Positions 41,880-51,822 of a stretch of DNA of 64,000 nucleotides are shown one piece after another; the first letter of the stretch is position 1; each line of letters starts with the position of its first letter. This stretch comes from an uncultured Gemmataceae bacterium (GTDB lineage Bacteria > Planctomycetota > Planctomycetia > Gemmatales > Gemmataceae), in NCBI GenBank assembly GCA_963750165.1, contig CAVVPN010000011.1, forward strand, positions 1,824,001 to 1,888,000, read 5' to 3'. Made by a program: the position numbers and the translations under genes. Under the pieces are notes generated by a model. That model had not been told where the DNA came from. It made no database searches and was given only the letters and a program-made list of their open reading frames with translations.

Positions 41880-42644
41880 TCAAAGAACGAACCGCTCCCA
41901 CGTCAGCAGCGCCGCCGCGGCCCCCACGATGACGGCGAACCCGGCCACGTCGCGCCGCCGGGTCCGGAAGTCCGTCAGCGTGCGGAAGCGGCCATCGAAG
42001 CCGCGACAGCGCATGGCCTGGCCGACCCGCTCCGCCCGTTCGCCACCGCGCACCAGCAGCGTGCCGGTGATCTGGCCCAGGGTGCGGTAACTGTGCAGGT
42101 CGCCGCGCGGCCGGTAGCCGCGCAGCCGCAGGGCGATCCGCAGTCGGCGGAATTCGTCCAGCAACAGGAACAGGTAGCGGTAACTCAGCGCGATCAGTTG
42201 CACGAGCAGCCCGGGCACGCCGACCGCGTGGGCCGCCTTGAAGGTCGCCTCCGGCGGCGCGGTCACCCACAGCACCAGCAGCAGGCTGACGACTGCCAGC
42301 GACTTGAGCACGATGACCACTGCCTGGAGCAACCCGGCGGGCGACACGGCCACCGGGCCGAGCCGCCACGGCTCCTCGCCGGGCCGGGCGGAGAACGGCA
42401 GCAGCACCACGAAGAGCGCCAGGAAGACGGCCACCGCGGTCAGGCGCAGGAGAACCCAGCGCGGCGGCAGCCGGCCGAGCGCCACGAGAGCGCCGGCGCC
42501 GGCGAGCGCGGCCAGGGCGGCGGGCCAGGTGCGCAGGACGCAGACGAGGCCGGCGGCGAGCAGCAGAGCGACCAGCTTCCAGCGGGGGTCGAGCAGGGAC
42601 AGCGGCGACGGGGGCACGCCGGGATGGTCGAAAGCCAGTGTCAT
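41880..42644 (-). CDS. cbiQ: ECF transporter T component (CbiQ-like)
   Basis: LDPRWKL, YRYLFLL, RAERVGQAMRCRGFDG. Confidence 0.9.
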   Translation of the reverse strand: MTLAFDHPGVPPSPLSLLDPRWKLVALLLAAGLVCVLRTWPAALAALAGAGALVALGRLPPRWVLLRLTAVAVFLALFVVLLPFSARPGEEPWRLGPVAVSPAGLLQAVVIVLKSLAVVSLLLVLWVTAPPEATFKAAHAVGVPGLLVQLIALSYRYLFLLLDEFRRLRIALRLRGYRPRGDLHSYRTLGQITGTLLVRGGERAERVGQAMRCRGFDGRFRTLTDFRTRRRDVAGFAVIVGAAAALLTWERFVL

Positions 42645-42657
42645 GGCGGCAAGGGGA

Positions 42658-42690
42658 AAGAAAAACCCCCGCCGGCGGCGGCGGGGGCAG
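42658..42690 (-). terminator. Intrinsic terminator after the DUF2934 gene
   Basis: Minus strand reads cccccgccgccgccggcggggg followed by tttttc. Confidence 0.6.
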
Positions 42691-42714
42691 GGGGAACCGG
42701 GAGCCCGGTCGCGT

Positions 42715-42933
42715 TCAGCGACGGTGGCCGGGGGAGTGCGTGCCCGACTGGGCGTTCATCTCGGCGTGCAGTTCCCGTTCAGCCTCAAGCCAGTCCTGCT
42801 TGTCATTGCCATGCGGCCGGCCGCGCTTGCACCATTTTTCGAACGCGCGCATGGCAATCTTCTCATGCGGCACCTTGACCGTGCTGACGCTGGCGGTCGG
42901 CGGGCTGTGGGACGGGGTGGCAATTCTGGACAT
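42715..42933 (-). CDS. DUF2934 domain protein
   Basis: IAMRAFEKWCKRGRPHGNDKQDWLEAEREL; AGGAGG RBS. Confidence 0.85.
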   Translation of the reverse strand: MSRIATPSHSPPTASVSTVKVPHEKIAMRAFEKWCKRGRPHGNDKQDWLEAERELHAEMNAQSGTHSPGHRR

Positions 42934-43230
42934 GTGCAGTCCTCCTTGAAATTGGAAGCAGTCGGGCCCTATGCCCTAACAACTAGCCATTGCATCATAT
43001 TCGGCGGCGATTCGCAAGCAGTTTCCTGGCAAAAGTGAAAAATGCGCTCCCGCATCGGTACAAACGAACAGAAAGGCCGAACGCCAGCAAGGGGATGTCC
43101 GAGCCCGAGCGCCAGCGCGGGGCCAAGCCTGCCCCGCGCTGGCGCTCGGGCTCCGACTTTACCGCTGGCACCCAGTTTGCACTCCATTCCTGGGTCTATC
43201 GACTCGTTCAGGCAAAGGAGGACGCCAACC

Positions 43231-43956
43231 ATGCAGTACGTTGACGAACGCTATCACTTGCGGGTGGACATCACCAGCCGTAACGGCAGCGTGCCGGAGG
43301 ACCAGCTGACGCGGATGCAGCGCTCGCTGGAGCCGCTGGGCCAGGTCGTGGCGGAATATCCCGACCCGGAACTGCGCTTCACCGTCATCCACCACGCCGC
43401 CAGCGGCAAGCATCACGTTGAGGGTCGGTTACGGCTGCCAGGCCGCACGCTGTTCGCCGCCGACCGCGACGACTACCTGGACACGGCCTTCCAGCGCTGC
43501 GTCGGCAAACTGACCCGCCTGGCCGGCGCCTACCAACCGCCCGCCGCCGGGGCCGCGCACGACCGCACGACCCTGGACCGCGACATCGTGGCCCCGGAGG
43601 ATTCCGCCGCCGGGCCGCTCGGCGCCGCCGTGCAGGCCGGCGACTTCCGCCGCTTCCGCACACTGCTGGGCGGTTACGAGGAATGGCTGCGCAAGCGCGT
43701 CGGCCGCTGGGTGCAGCGCTATCCCGCCCTCGAGGCCCGGCTCAACCGCGATCTGGGCATCGCCGACCTGGTCGATGAGGTCTACCTGAACGCCTTCGAA
43801 CAGTTCACCGCCCGGCCGACCGACGTCCGCCTCAGCGACTGGCTCGACGGTCTGCTCGACCCCTCGCTGAAGACGTTGCAGGCCCACCCCGCCGAGGAGA
43901 AGGAGAACATCAACATGGCCCGGACGCTGCTGGAAACGCAGTTACCGCGCAGCTGA
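43231..43956 (+). CDS. HPF/RaiA-like domain fused to a sigma-region-2-like domain
   Basis: N-terminal VEGRLRLPGRTLFA..DYLDTAFQRCVGKL; C-terminal IADLVDEVYLNAF...LSDWL. Confidence 0.7.
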   Translation: MQYVDERYHLRVDITSRNGSVPEDQLTRMQRSLEPLGQVVAEYPDPELRFTVIHHAASGKHHVEGRLRLPGRTLFAADRDDYLDTAFQRCVGKLTRLAGAYQPPAAGAAHDRTTLDRDIVAPEDSAAGPLGAAVQAGDFRRFRTLLGGYEEWLRKRVGRWVQRYPALEARLNRDLGIADLVDEVYLNAFEQFTARPTDVRLSDWLDGLLDPSLKTLQAHPAEEKENINMARTLLETQLPRS

Positions 43957-44024
43957 CGATTGCTTTTCGCCCGTCAGCGACATAGCCTGTCTCTGGTAAC
44001 ACCTGGTCCCGGAGGATTCAGATC

Positions 44025-44981
44025 ATGGTTCGGTTCTTCACAGTAGTGTTGGCGGCGCTGGTGCCGCTGTGCCTGGTCATGGCCCAGGCGCCCGGCGGCA
44101 AGCAGGGCGACAAGGAGTTCAAGGTCGAGGGCAAGCTGACCAAGGACGACCCGAAGGACAAGCTGCTCAAGAACAGCCCGAGCAAGGAGTACGACTACAA
44201 GATGAAGTCGAGCACGATCTACGTGATCGACCTCAAAAGCAAGGACTTCGACGCTGTGCTCCGGCTGGAGAACCCGCAGGGCAAGCAGGTGGCCGTCAAC
44301 GACGATGCCCCGGGTGAGAAGACCCTGAACTCGCGCATCGTCTACAAAGCCCCCGCCGACGGCACCTACAAGATTTTCGCCACCTGCCTGAAAGGCGAGA
44401 CGGGCGACTTCGTGCTGACCGTGCGTCGGGGCAACGAGGACGACCTGGGCAAGTACGACCCGCACTACAAGCTGGTCGGCAAACCGGCCCCGGACATCGT
44501 CGGCGCCTTCACGGTGAACGGCCGAACGAAGAAGCTGTCCGACCTCAAGGGCAAGGTCGTGCTGGTCGATTTCTGGGCGGTCTGGTGCGGCCCCTGCATC
44601 GCTACCTTCCCGCACCTGCGGGAGTGGTACAAGGAATACCACAAGGACGGCTTTGAGATCCTGGGCGCGACCACCTACTATGAGCAGCTGACGTTCGACA
44701 AGGAGAAGGGCAACGTCAAGAAGGCGGACATGAACCTGACTGCCGAGCAGGAGCACGCCATGATCAAGGACTTCGCCGAGCACCACAAGCTGCCCTACCA
44801 GCTCATGGTGCTGAGCCAGGACGGCATGAAAAAGGTGGGCGACGAATACGGCGTGCGCGGCATCCCACAGGCAGTGCTGATCGACCGCCAGGGCGTCATC
44901 CGCATGATCCGCGTCGGCTCCGGTGAGGAGAACGCCGCCGCCCTCCAGGAAGAGATTCGCAAGCTGCTTAGGCAAAAATAA
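44025..44981 (+). CDS. Exported TlpA-type redoxin with N-terminal PPC-like domain
   Basis: VLVDFWAVWCGPC, YGVRGIP, LIDRQG. Confidence 0.9.
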   Translation: MVRFFTVVLAALVPLCLVMAQAPGGKQGDKEFKVEGKLTKDDPKDKLLKNSPSKEYDYKMKSSTIYVIDLKSKDFDAVLRLENPQGKQVAVNDDAPGEKTLNSRIVYKAPADGTYKIFATCLKGETGDFVLTVRRGNEDDLGKYDPHYKLVGKPAPDIVGAFTVNGRTKKLSDLKGKVVLVDFWAVWCGPCIATFPHLREWYKEYHKDGFEILGATTYYEQLTFDKEKGNVKKADMNLTAEQEHAMIKDFAEHHKLPYQLMVLSQDGMKKVGDEYGVRGIPQAVLIDRQGVIRMIRVGSGEENAAALQEEIRKLLRQK

Positions 44982-44998
44982 CGGCCCGGTGCCACTGA

Positions 44999-45041
44999 GC
45001 GGCCCCGCCCGGATTCACTCCGGGCGGGGCCGCGTGCTTTT
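44999..45041 (+). terminator. Intrinsic terminator
   Basis: gcggccccgcccgga / tccgggcggggccgc stem followed by T-run. Confidence 0.65.
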
Positions 45042-45123
45042 GGGTCGCGCCCAAAATCTTGATGCGATCCACCACCTGTCGGTTTATCATGGAGGTGTTT
45101 CGATAACCCGCAGGAGGTGCCCC

Positions 45124-46608
45124 GTGTCGCGTCTTCCCGCTGCCCTTGCCGTCGTCACCCTGCTGTGCGCCGCTGCCGCCGTGTCCGCCGAGCCGCCGCT
45201 GCGTGAAGTCGTTCACCAATCGCCGGTGCAGGCGCTGGCGTGGTCGGCCGACGGCAAACTGCTGGCGACCGGCAGCACCGACGGCGTTGTCCGCGTCACC
45301 GAGTCGGCCACCGGCAAGGAGCGACTCCGCTTCACCAACCAGGGCCCCGTCAAGGCACTGGCGTTCTCGCCGGACGGCAGTCGTCTGTGCGTCAAGACGA
45401 CGGCCGGCGCCCTGGCCCTGTACGAGACCGCCAAGGGGCAGCGCACCGGCATGATTTCGCTGGGCAATTTTCATGCGTACCACCTGGCGTTCTCGCCGGA
45501 CGGCACCCGTCTGGTGGCGGCGGGCGTGGGTGAGTACCTCATCTGGAACCACACCAAGGGCGGCGCCAGCGGCAGTCGCTGGGGCAACATCCCCGATGGC
45601 TACGCGGCGGTGTCACCCGATGGCCGCGTCTCTGCCTGGGCCCGGCTGGACGGCGCCATGCAGATCTTCGACGTGGAGGCCCGCCAGTACCGCACCCTGA
45701 AAGTCGGCCCCTCGACAGCGCTGGCGTTCGGCCCGGAGGCCCGGCTGATGGCCGTCGCCGCCAGGGACAAAAGCGTCCGCCTGTGGGAGTTCGGCCGCGA
45801 CCGCGAACTGCTCAAGCTGGAGGGGCTGACGGAGCCGGCCCGACTGCTCGCCTTCTCAGGCAACGGCAAGACGCTGGCGGCCGCCGGCGCCACGGATCCG
45901 GTGATCCGGGTCTGGGACGTGGACACGGGCCGGCTGCGGCGGCACGTGACCGGCAACCGCGAGGCGGTGACGGCGCTGGCGCTGGCGCCGGACGGCCGTT
46001 CCCTGGCCGTGGCGGGTGCCGGCAACAAGGCACTGGTGTGGAACGTGGCCCTGCGTGAGGTGGTCCGCCCCAACCCGCCGCTGATGCTGGCCGACAAGGA
46101 GATGCAATCGCTCTGGGGGGCGCTGGCGCAGACCGACTACGCGGCGGCGGACGAGGCGTACCAGCGGTTGGCGGCGGCCGGCGACCGGGCGGTGCCGTTC
46201 CTGAAACTGCGGCTGCGCGCGGTGGCAGTGCCGCCGGTCGATTACCAGCGCATCGATAAGCTGGTGAAGGACCTGGACTCGCCGCGTTTCGTGGTGCGCG
46301 ACCGGGCCTCGGCGGAGCTGGCGAAATACGGCGAGTTGGCGGAGAACGCGCTGCGGAAGTTTCTGACACAGAAGCCGGGCCTGGAGCCGCAGCGGCGGGC
46401 GGAGAAGTTGCTAGAGCGCCTGGTCGATCCGCCGCTGACGCCGGAGCGGCTGCGGGCGCTGGAGGCGCTGGCGCTGCTGGAGTCGCTGGCGACACCGGCG
46501 GCGCGGCAGGCGTTGGAGGAAGTCGGCCGTGATGCGCTGCTCCCGTTGCTGCGCCTGGAGGCGTTGGCGGCGCTGGGGCGGCTCAAGGCGGCGAAGGCGA
46601 CACCCTGA
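45124..46608 (+). CDS. Exported WD40-repeat protein with C-terminal helical domain
   Basis: AWSADG, AFSPDG and VRLWE repeats. Confidence 0.88.
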   Translation: MSRLPAALAVVTLLCAAAAVSAEPPLREVVHQSPVQALAWSADGKLLATGSTDGVVRVTESATGKERLRFTNQGPVKALAFSPDGSRLCVKTTAGALALYETAKGQRTGMISLGNFHAYHLAFSPDGTRLVAAGVGEYLIWNHTKGGASGSRWGNIPDGYAAVSPDGRVSAWARLDGAMQIFDVEARQYRTLKVGPSTALAFGPEARLMAVAARDKSVRLWEFGRDRELLKLEGLTEPARLLAFSGNGKTLAAAGATDPVIRVWDVDTGRLRRHVTGNREAVTALALAPDGRSLAVAGAGNKALVWNVALREVVRPNPPLMLADKEMQSLWGALAQTDYAAADEAYQRLAAAGDRAVPFLKLRLRAVAVPPVDYQRIDKLVKDLDSPRFVVRDRASAELAKYGELAENALRKFLTQKPGLEPQRRAEKLLERLVDPPLTPERLRALEALALLESLATPAARQALEEVGRDALLPLLRLEALAALGRLKAAKATP

Positions 46609-46623
46609 CTGGGGAGACGACAC

Positions 46624-47262
46624 ATGGCGTTCGGGTCTTTCAAGAACCTCGAAGAGGTTGTCGTCACTTACAAGATCACCTTGCAGTCGGCGCCGTTCAT
46701 CCAGCCGCTGCCGCAGCCGGTCCCCGAGGGGTTCCGCAAGCGACTGGAATTATTGCTGGCGAAGGCTCCGGTACGTGCGTCGGAAGAGGCCATCTGTGAG
46801 TTCCTCATTTCCCCCATCCTGCAGGAGGTTTGGCTGCCCTTCATTGACGCGCTAAACATGTGGAGCCATGTCGCCTTGACCCTTGACGAGACCCTGACTG
46901 GGTTCCCGGACTTCTTTTTCGCGAAACGTTCGCCGCTCGGTCCGGTGCGCGATCGGCCGTTTGTTCTGTTCGTGGAAGCCAAGAAGGACGATTTTGACGC
47001 CGGTTGGGGGCAATGCCTGGCGGCCATGCTCGCCGCCCAGCAACTCAACCAGGAACCGAATCAGATGATTTTCGGGGGCGTGTCCAACGGGACCGTTTGG
47101 TATTTCGGCAAACTGGAGGGCACGACGCTGACGCAGGACCCGCGGCCTTTCTCGGTGGCGCACCTGGAGGAGCTGTTCGGAGCACTGCACTACGTCTTTG
47201 AACAGGCGAGCCAACTGGCGCTGGCGGCCTCCCCGTCTTCGGTGAAGCCGGCCGCTACATGA
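46624..47262 (+). CDS. PD-(D/E)xK-like hypothetical protein
   Basis: GFPDFF...VEAKKDDF..GWGQC...SNGTVWYFGKL. Confidence 0.75.
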   Translation: MAFGSFKNLEEVVVTYKITLQSAPFIQPLPQPVPEGFRKRLELLLAKAPVRASEEAICEFLISPILQEVWLPFIDALNMWSHVALTLDETLTGFPDFFFAKRSPLGPVRDRPFVLFVEAKKDDFDAGWGQCLAAMLAAQQLNQEPNQMIFGGVSNGTVWYFGKLEGTTLTQDPRPFSVAHLEELFGALHYVFEQASQLALAASPSSVKPAAT

Positions 47263-47893
47263 GCTTTTTCGCCTTGCCCTTGACCGCCGCCTTGAGGTCA
47301 CCCTGCAGCAGCGGCGGCAGCTTGAATTGCAGCCCGGGGAACAGGCCCGGCTCGAACCACACATCGCCGCTGACCTCGGTGCGGCAATCGAAGCGGTCGT
47401 TGACGAGCTGATATTCTTCGAGCACCGGGCGGTCGGGATCGGGTTCGATTGTCCAGTACCAGGACACGCCGTAGCGCTCGTAGTCCGAAAATTTGCGGCC
47501 GCGGATTTTGGGGCGGTCACTCGCGGACAGGATTTCAACGCACAGGTCCGCCGGCCCAAGCATGCGCCCGCGCTGGAGGCGATCGAGGTGTTCCTTGGTG
47601 AGGAACAACACGTCGGGGGCGTAGACCAAATCCTTGAGTTCGTCCAGCACCATGTCAATGTCGTACGACACTTTGCCCAGGTCCAGCGCCCGCGTCCAGC
47701 GCTTCAGCATCTCACCCAGGTCATGTGCCAGATCCTGATGTTGGTCTGTCGGGCGTGGGCACACGACGCGCTCTCCGTAAATGAGTTCGGTCTTGACTTC
47801 GTCCACCGGGCCAGCGAGGTACTCGCGCACGGTGACATGCTTGCGCTTCGGTTGGGCTTTGGCTTTGGCCTTCGAGTCGGGAACGGTCGCCAT
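47255..47893 (-). CDS. Uma2-family endonuclease
   Basis: ELIYG, HQ, APDVLF, DLCVEILS, YERYGVSWYW. Confidence 0.9.
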   Translation of the reverse strand: MATVPDSKAKAKAQPKRKHVTVREYLAGPVDEVKTELIYGERVVCPRPTDQHQDLAHDLGEMLKRWTRALDLGKVSYDIDMVLDELKDLVYAPDVLFLTKEHLDRLQRGRMLGPADLCVEILSASDRPKIRGRKFSDYERYGVSWYWTIEPDPDRPVLEEYQLVNDRFDCRTEVSGDVWFEPGLFPGLQFKLPPLLQGDLKAAVKGKAKKLM

Positions 47894-47917
47894 GGGATCA
47901 CCTCCTTGTCCGGCGCG

Positions 47918-49378
47918 TTATAACGGCGGCCGCCGCGTGTGCCAGTCGGTGGCGCGCTCGAACATGCGGGCGACGCGCAGCAGTTTCTCCTCCGCGAACG
48001 GCGCCGCCAGCAATTGCAGGCCGATCGGCAGCCCCGCCTGCGTGAAGCCGCACGGCACGCTCACGCCCGGCAGTCCCGCCAGGTTGCCGCTGATCGTGTA
48101 GATGTCCGACAGGTACATCGCCAGTGGGTCCGCCGCACGTTCGCCGATTTTGAACGCCGCGGTCGGCGAGGTCGGCCCCGCGATCACGTCACACTCCGCG
48201 AACGCCCGGTCGAAGTCGTCCTTGATGAGCCGCCGCACCTTCAGCGCTTTCAGGTAATAGGCATCCTTGTAGCCGCTGGACAGCGCATAGGTGCCGAGCA
48301 TGATCCGCCGCTTGACCTCGGCCCCGAAGCCCTCGCCGCGGCTGCGGCAGTACATGTCCACAAGGTTGTCGTACTGCGCGGCGCGGTGGCCGAAGTGAAC
48401 GCCGTCGTAGCGGGCCAAATTGCTCGACGCCTCGGCGGTCGCCACCAGGTAATAGGCCGCCACTGCGTACGGGCTGTGCGGCAGCGACACCTCCTTGACC
48501 GTCACGCCCAGGCCGCGGTACACCTGCAGCGCCTCACGCACCGCCCGCTCCACTTCTGCGTCGAGACCAGCGCCGAAGTGCTCGCGGACCACGCCGACCG
48601 TCAGCGGCTTGACCGGCTCCTCGACGGCCTGCGCATAGGGCGGCACGGGGCGGTCCACGCTGGTGCTGTCGCGGCGGTTGTGGCCGGCGATCACGCCCAG
48701 CAGCAGGGCGGCGTCCGTCACGTCATGGCCGAAGGGGCCGATCTGGTCGAGCGAACTGGCGTAGGCGATCAGGCCGTAGCGCGAGACGCGGCCATAGGTC
48801 GGCTTCAGGCCGACGACGCCGCACAGCGCCGCCGGCTGGCGGATCGAGCCGCCCGTGTCGGTGCCCAGCGCCAGCGGCGCCATGCACGCCGCCACCGCCG
48901 CCGCCGAGCCACCGCTGCTGCCGCCGGGGATGCGCTCCAGGTCCCACGGATTGCGCGTCACCTTGTAAGCGCTGTTCTCCGTGGACGAGCCCATCGCGAA
49001 CTCATCGAGGTTCGTCTTGCCGATCAGCACCGCGTCGGCTGCTTGCAGCTTGGTGATGACGTGCGCGTCGTAGGGGGGCCGGAAGTGTTGCAGCATTTTG
49101 CTGCCGCAGGTGGTCGGCTGGCCGCGGACGCAGAGCACGTCCTTGATGGCGACCGGCACGCCCGCCAGCGGTCCCAGCGGTTCGCCGGCCCGGCGCTTCT
49201 CGTCCACGACCACGGCCTGGTCGAGTGCCCGCCGCTCCTCGACGAGCAGGAACGCCTGCACGCGCGGCTCGCGCTCGCGGATACTTTGCAGGAAGGCGGC
49301 GGTCAGCGCCTGGGAAGTGATCTCGCCGCGCGACAGCAGCGACAGCAGTTCGCCGGCAGTGCGTTCGATGAGCTTCAT
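47918..49378 (-). CDS. gatA: Asp/Glu-tRNA amidotransferase subunit A
   Basis: [37 protein letters not shown]. Confidence 0.98.
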   Translation of the reverse strand: MKLIERTAGELLSLLSRGEITSQALTAAFLQSIREREPRVQAFLLVEERRALDQAVVVDEKRRAGEPLGPLAGVPVAIKDVLCVRGQPTTCGSKMLQHFRPPYDAHVITKLQAADAVLIGKTNLDEFAMGSSTENSAYKVTRNPWDLERIPGGSSGGSAAAVAACMAPLALGTDTGGSIRQPAALCGVVGLKPTYGRVSRYGLIAYASSLDQIGPFGHDVTDAALLLGVIAGHNRRDSTSVDRPVPPYAQAVEEPVKPLTVGVVREHFGAGLDAEVERAVREALQVYRGLGVTVKEVSLPHSPYAVAAYYLVATAEASSNLARYDGVHFGHRAAQYDNLVDMYCRSRGEGFGAEVKRRIMLGTYALSSGYKDAYYLKALKVRRLIKDDFDRAFAECDVIAGPTSPTAAFKIGERAADPLAMYLSDIYTISGNLAGLPGVSVPCGFTQAGLPIGLQLLAAPFAEEKLLRVARMFERATDWHTRRPPL

Positions 49379-49386
49379 TGATTTGA

Positions 49387-49455
49387 AGGGATGAGGGATG
49401 AGGGATGAGGGATGAAAAAAGCCCCTCATCCCTCATCCCTCATCCCTCATCCCTC
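49387..49455. repeat. Heptamer (GGGATGA)4 / (TCATCCC)4 inverted array between gatC and gatA
   Basis: Directly visible; can fold into a hairpin. Confidence 0.85.
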
Positions 49456-49737
49456 CAGAACGGCCGGCACCGCGTAATAGTCGCCGCGCCGCGCCGGTGC
49501 GTTGGCCAGCGCCTCGTCCACCGGCAGCGACGGCGCCGGCTCGTCGGCGCGGAAGACGTTCTCGACCGGCAGCGGGTGGGCCAGCGGTTCGACGCCGTCG
49601 GTGTTGACCTGCTGCAACTGCTGCACGTAGTCCAGGATCGCGCTCAGCTGGCGTGCCATGACGGCCAACTCGGCGTCGCTCAGCTGCAGTCGCGCCAGGT
49701 GCGCGACCGCCCGGACCTCGGCTTCACTCAGGGTCAT
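49447..49737 (-). CDS. gatC: Asp/Glu-tRNA amidotransferase subunit C
   Basis: VAHLARL...ILDYVQQL..VNTDGVEP...LANAP...VPAVL. Confidence 0.96.
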   Translation of the reverse strand: MTLSEAEVRAVAHLARLQLSDAELAVMARQLSAILDYVQQLQQVNTDGVEPLAHPLPVENVFRADEPAPSLPVDEALANAPARRGDYYAVPAVLEG

Positions 49738-49742
49738 GGCGG

Positions 49743-50006
49743 TTACACCGTGGGCATGGTGAACGGCTTGCGCTTCACGGGCCGCTGCACCAAACCGCTG
49801 CGGATGGCACGCACACAGACGCGCACCGTCTTGACCGTGCCGTTCTCGTCGATGATCTTGATGCGCTGCAGGTTCGGCTTGAAGCGCCGGATCGATTTGC
49901 CGGTCACCTTGCGCCCGACGCCGCCCAGGTACTTCGCCTTGCCACGCCGCGAATACTTATTGCCCTTGGCCGGCTTCTTGCCGGTGATCGCACACTGCAT
50001 GGTCAT
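49743..50006 (-). CDS. rpmB: 50S ribosomal protein L28
   Basis: CAITGKKP..GN...GGVG...RRFKPNLQ. Confidence 0.95.
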   Translation of the reverse strand: MTMQCAITGKKPAKGNKYSRRGKAKYLGGVGRKVTGKSIRRFKPNLQRIKIIDENGTVKTVRVCVRAIRSGLVQRPVKRKPFTMPTV

Positions 50007-50190
50007 GACCGAATCCCCACAGGAACCTCAATTCCAAAACCCTCATTGTAGCGGCCGCCGACCACCTGACAAGACGACTGACGCACTCACCCAGAGCCGT
50101 CGAGCGGCGCGGCGTCAGCCTGGAGCGGTTCACGCACGGTTTGCACATACGTGGGCGGGCAGGCACGGGTTGACCACCAGCGGCCTGCAC

Positions 50191-50358
50191 TGCCACAGCA
50201 AGGGGGCCAAGGAGGCCAAGGGGGCCAGCTTTTTCATACGTCGAGAATTGGCGCCCTGGCTCCGTGCGGCTGGCAAGGCGCGACACCAAACGGCGGCGGT
50301 TGCCACAGCAAGGACGCCAAGAACGCCAAGAACGCCAACTTTTTCACACGTCGAGAAT
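50191..50358. repeat. Two 58-bp imperfect direct repeats with 110-bp period, each containing three 9-mer subunits
   Basis: tgccacagc(aagnnngcc)3 a.ctttttca.acgtcgagaat at 50191 and 50301. Confidence 0.8.
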
Positions 50359-50429
50359 CGCCGCCTGGCAGCGCCGGCCTGCCGTTCGTGGTCCACGCCA
50401 CTGGGAACCGCACTCGAGCGGTTCCCAGT

Positions 50430-50499
50430 TGGGTGTAGCGGAAGTCGCCAGACTTCCGTCCGGTGCTGCTCGGAAGTCTGGCGACTTCCGCTACACCCA
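50430..50499. repeat. GTAG-type REP doublet (REPIN), copy 2
   Basis: tgggtgtagcggaagtcgccagacttccg ... cggaagtctggcgacttccgctacaccca. Confidence 0.88.
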
Positions 50500-50712
50500 T
50501 TCGCAATCTGCAATAATGCCCCTCAGTTAAGGTTTTTTCGGCGGTAGCGACGGGCGCCGAAAAATCGGCGCTCGCCGCCAAGTCAATGCGTCTGTGGAGG
50601 TTGCAGCAAAACTGCCCGCCACTGTAATTTCCCTATAATCCTTAACTGACGGGCATTAGGCTGACGCTGCGCCGCTCGCCCCGGGTGTTCTCTCTTTCTC
50701 ACGGGCTCACTC

Positions 50713-51726
50713 ATGGACACCACCCCTCTGTTGACGATGGAACAGCACATCCTCCAGCAGCAGCGCCGCAAGCACCCGGAGGCGACTGGTGAATTTTCCT
50801 GGGTGCTGTCGGGCATCACGTTGTCGGCCAAGATGATTTCGGCTCAGGTCCGCCGCGCCGGCCTGGTGGGCATCCTCGGCAGCGCCGGCGGCAGCAACGT
50901 CCAGGGCGAGACGGTGCAAAAGCTGGACGTGTTCGCCAACCAGGCGCTGCTGCACTGCCTGGGCCGTCGCGGTTGCGTCGCTGTCATGGCGTCGGAGGAG
51001 AACGAGGAGCCGATCGTCGTGCCGTGGGACCGCCGGCAGGGCCGTTACGTCGTCGTCTTCGACCCGCTGGACGGTTCCAGCAACATTGATGTGAACGTCA
51101 GCGTCGGCACCATCTTCGCCATCCTCGGCCGCGACCCGGACGAGACCGGCACCCGCGACCCGCTCGGCGACGTGCTGCAGTGCGGCCTGAAGCAACTCGC
51201 CGCGGGTTACATTGTCTACGGCTCCTCGACGGTGCTGGTCTACACCGCCGGCGAGGGCGTCTTCGCCTTCACGCTCGACCCGAACATTGGCGCGTTCGTC
51301 ATCTGCCACGAGCACATCACCATGCCGCCGGCCGGCAACCTGTACTCGGTCAACGAGGCGAACGCCGACACGTTCCCGCTGGCTTTCCGCACGTTCCTGG
51401 CCCAGCTGCGGGCCGGCCAGCTGGGGCGGACGTACTCGTCGCGCTACATCGGTTCGCTGGTGGCGGATTTTCACCGCACGCTGCTCAAGGGCGGCGTGTT
51501 CCTGTATCCGCCAACGCGGCAGTACCCCGGCGGCAAACTGCGGCTGCTGTACGAGGCCAATCCGATCGCGCTGATCGCGGAGCAGGCTGGCGGCGTCGCC
51601 ACGGACGGCCGCGGTCGCATCCTGGAGATCGCGCCGACGAGCCTGCACCAGCGCGTGCCGCTGCTGGTTGGCAGCCGAGCGGAGATGGAGTTGCTGATGC
51701 GGTTGCTGCGCGATGAAGACGGTTGA
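50713..51726 (+). CDS. fbp: Class 1 fructose-1,6-bisphosphatase
   Basis: NVQGE.VQKLD, ASEE, FDPLDGSSN, RYIGSLVADFHR, GKLRLLYE. Confidence 0.97.
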   Translation: MDTTPLLTMEQHILQQQRRKHPEATGEFSWVLSGITLSAKMISAQVRRAGLVGILGSAGGSNVQGETVQKLDVFANQALLHCLGRRGCVAVMASEENEEPIVVPWDRRQGRYVVVFDPLDGSSNIDVNVSVGTIFAILGRDPDETGTRDPLGDVLQCGLKQLAAGYIVYGSSTVLVYTAGEGVFAFTLDPNIGAFVICHEHITMPPAGNLYSVNEANADTFPLAFRTFLAQLRAGQLGRTYSSRYIGSLVADFHRTLLKGGVFLYPPTRQYPGGKLRLLYEANPIALIAEQAGGVATDGRGRILEIAPTSLHQRVPLLVGSRAEMELLMRLLRDEDG

Positions 51727-51822
51727 ACCGCCGTCGGCCGCGGCGTGTCCCAACCTGGAGGCGGTCGCGCACGGCCGCTATACTGGGAGGGGGCAACGAT
51801 TTTCACGAAGGGCGGGCCGGAC

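Noticed and set aside
44560..44620. Second selenoprotein in the TlpA gene
   Set aside because: The active site is an ordinary WCGPC encoded by TGC codons, with no in-frame UGA.
50191..50358. CRISPR array
   Set aside because: Only two imperfect 58-bp units, a related copy lies elsewhere, and no cas genes are present in the window.
50007..50712. tRNA or other structured RNA in the long rpmB-fbp gap
   Set aside because: No T-loop or D-loop consensus seen; much of the region consists of REP-like repeats.
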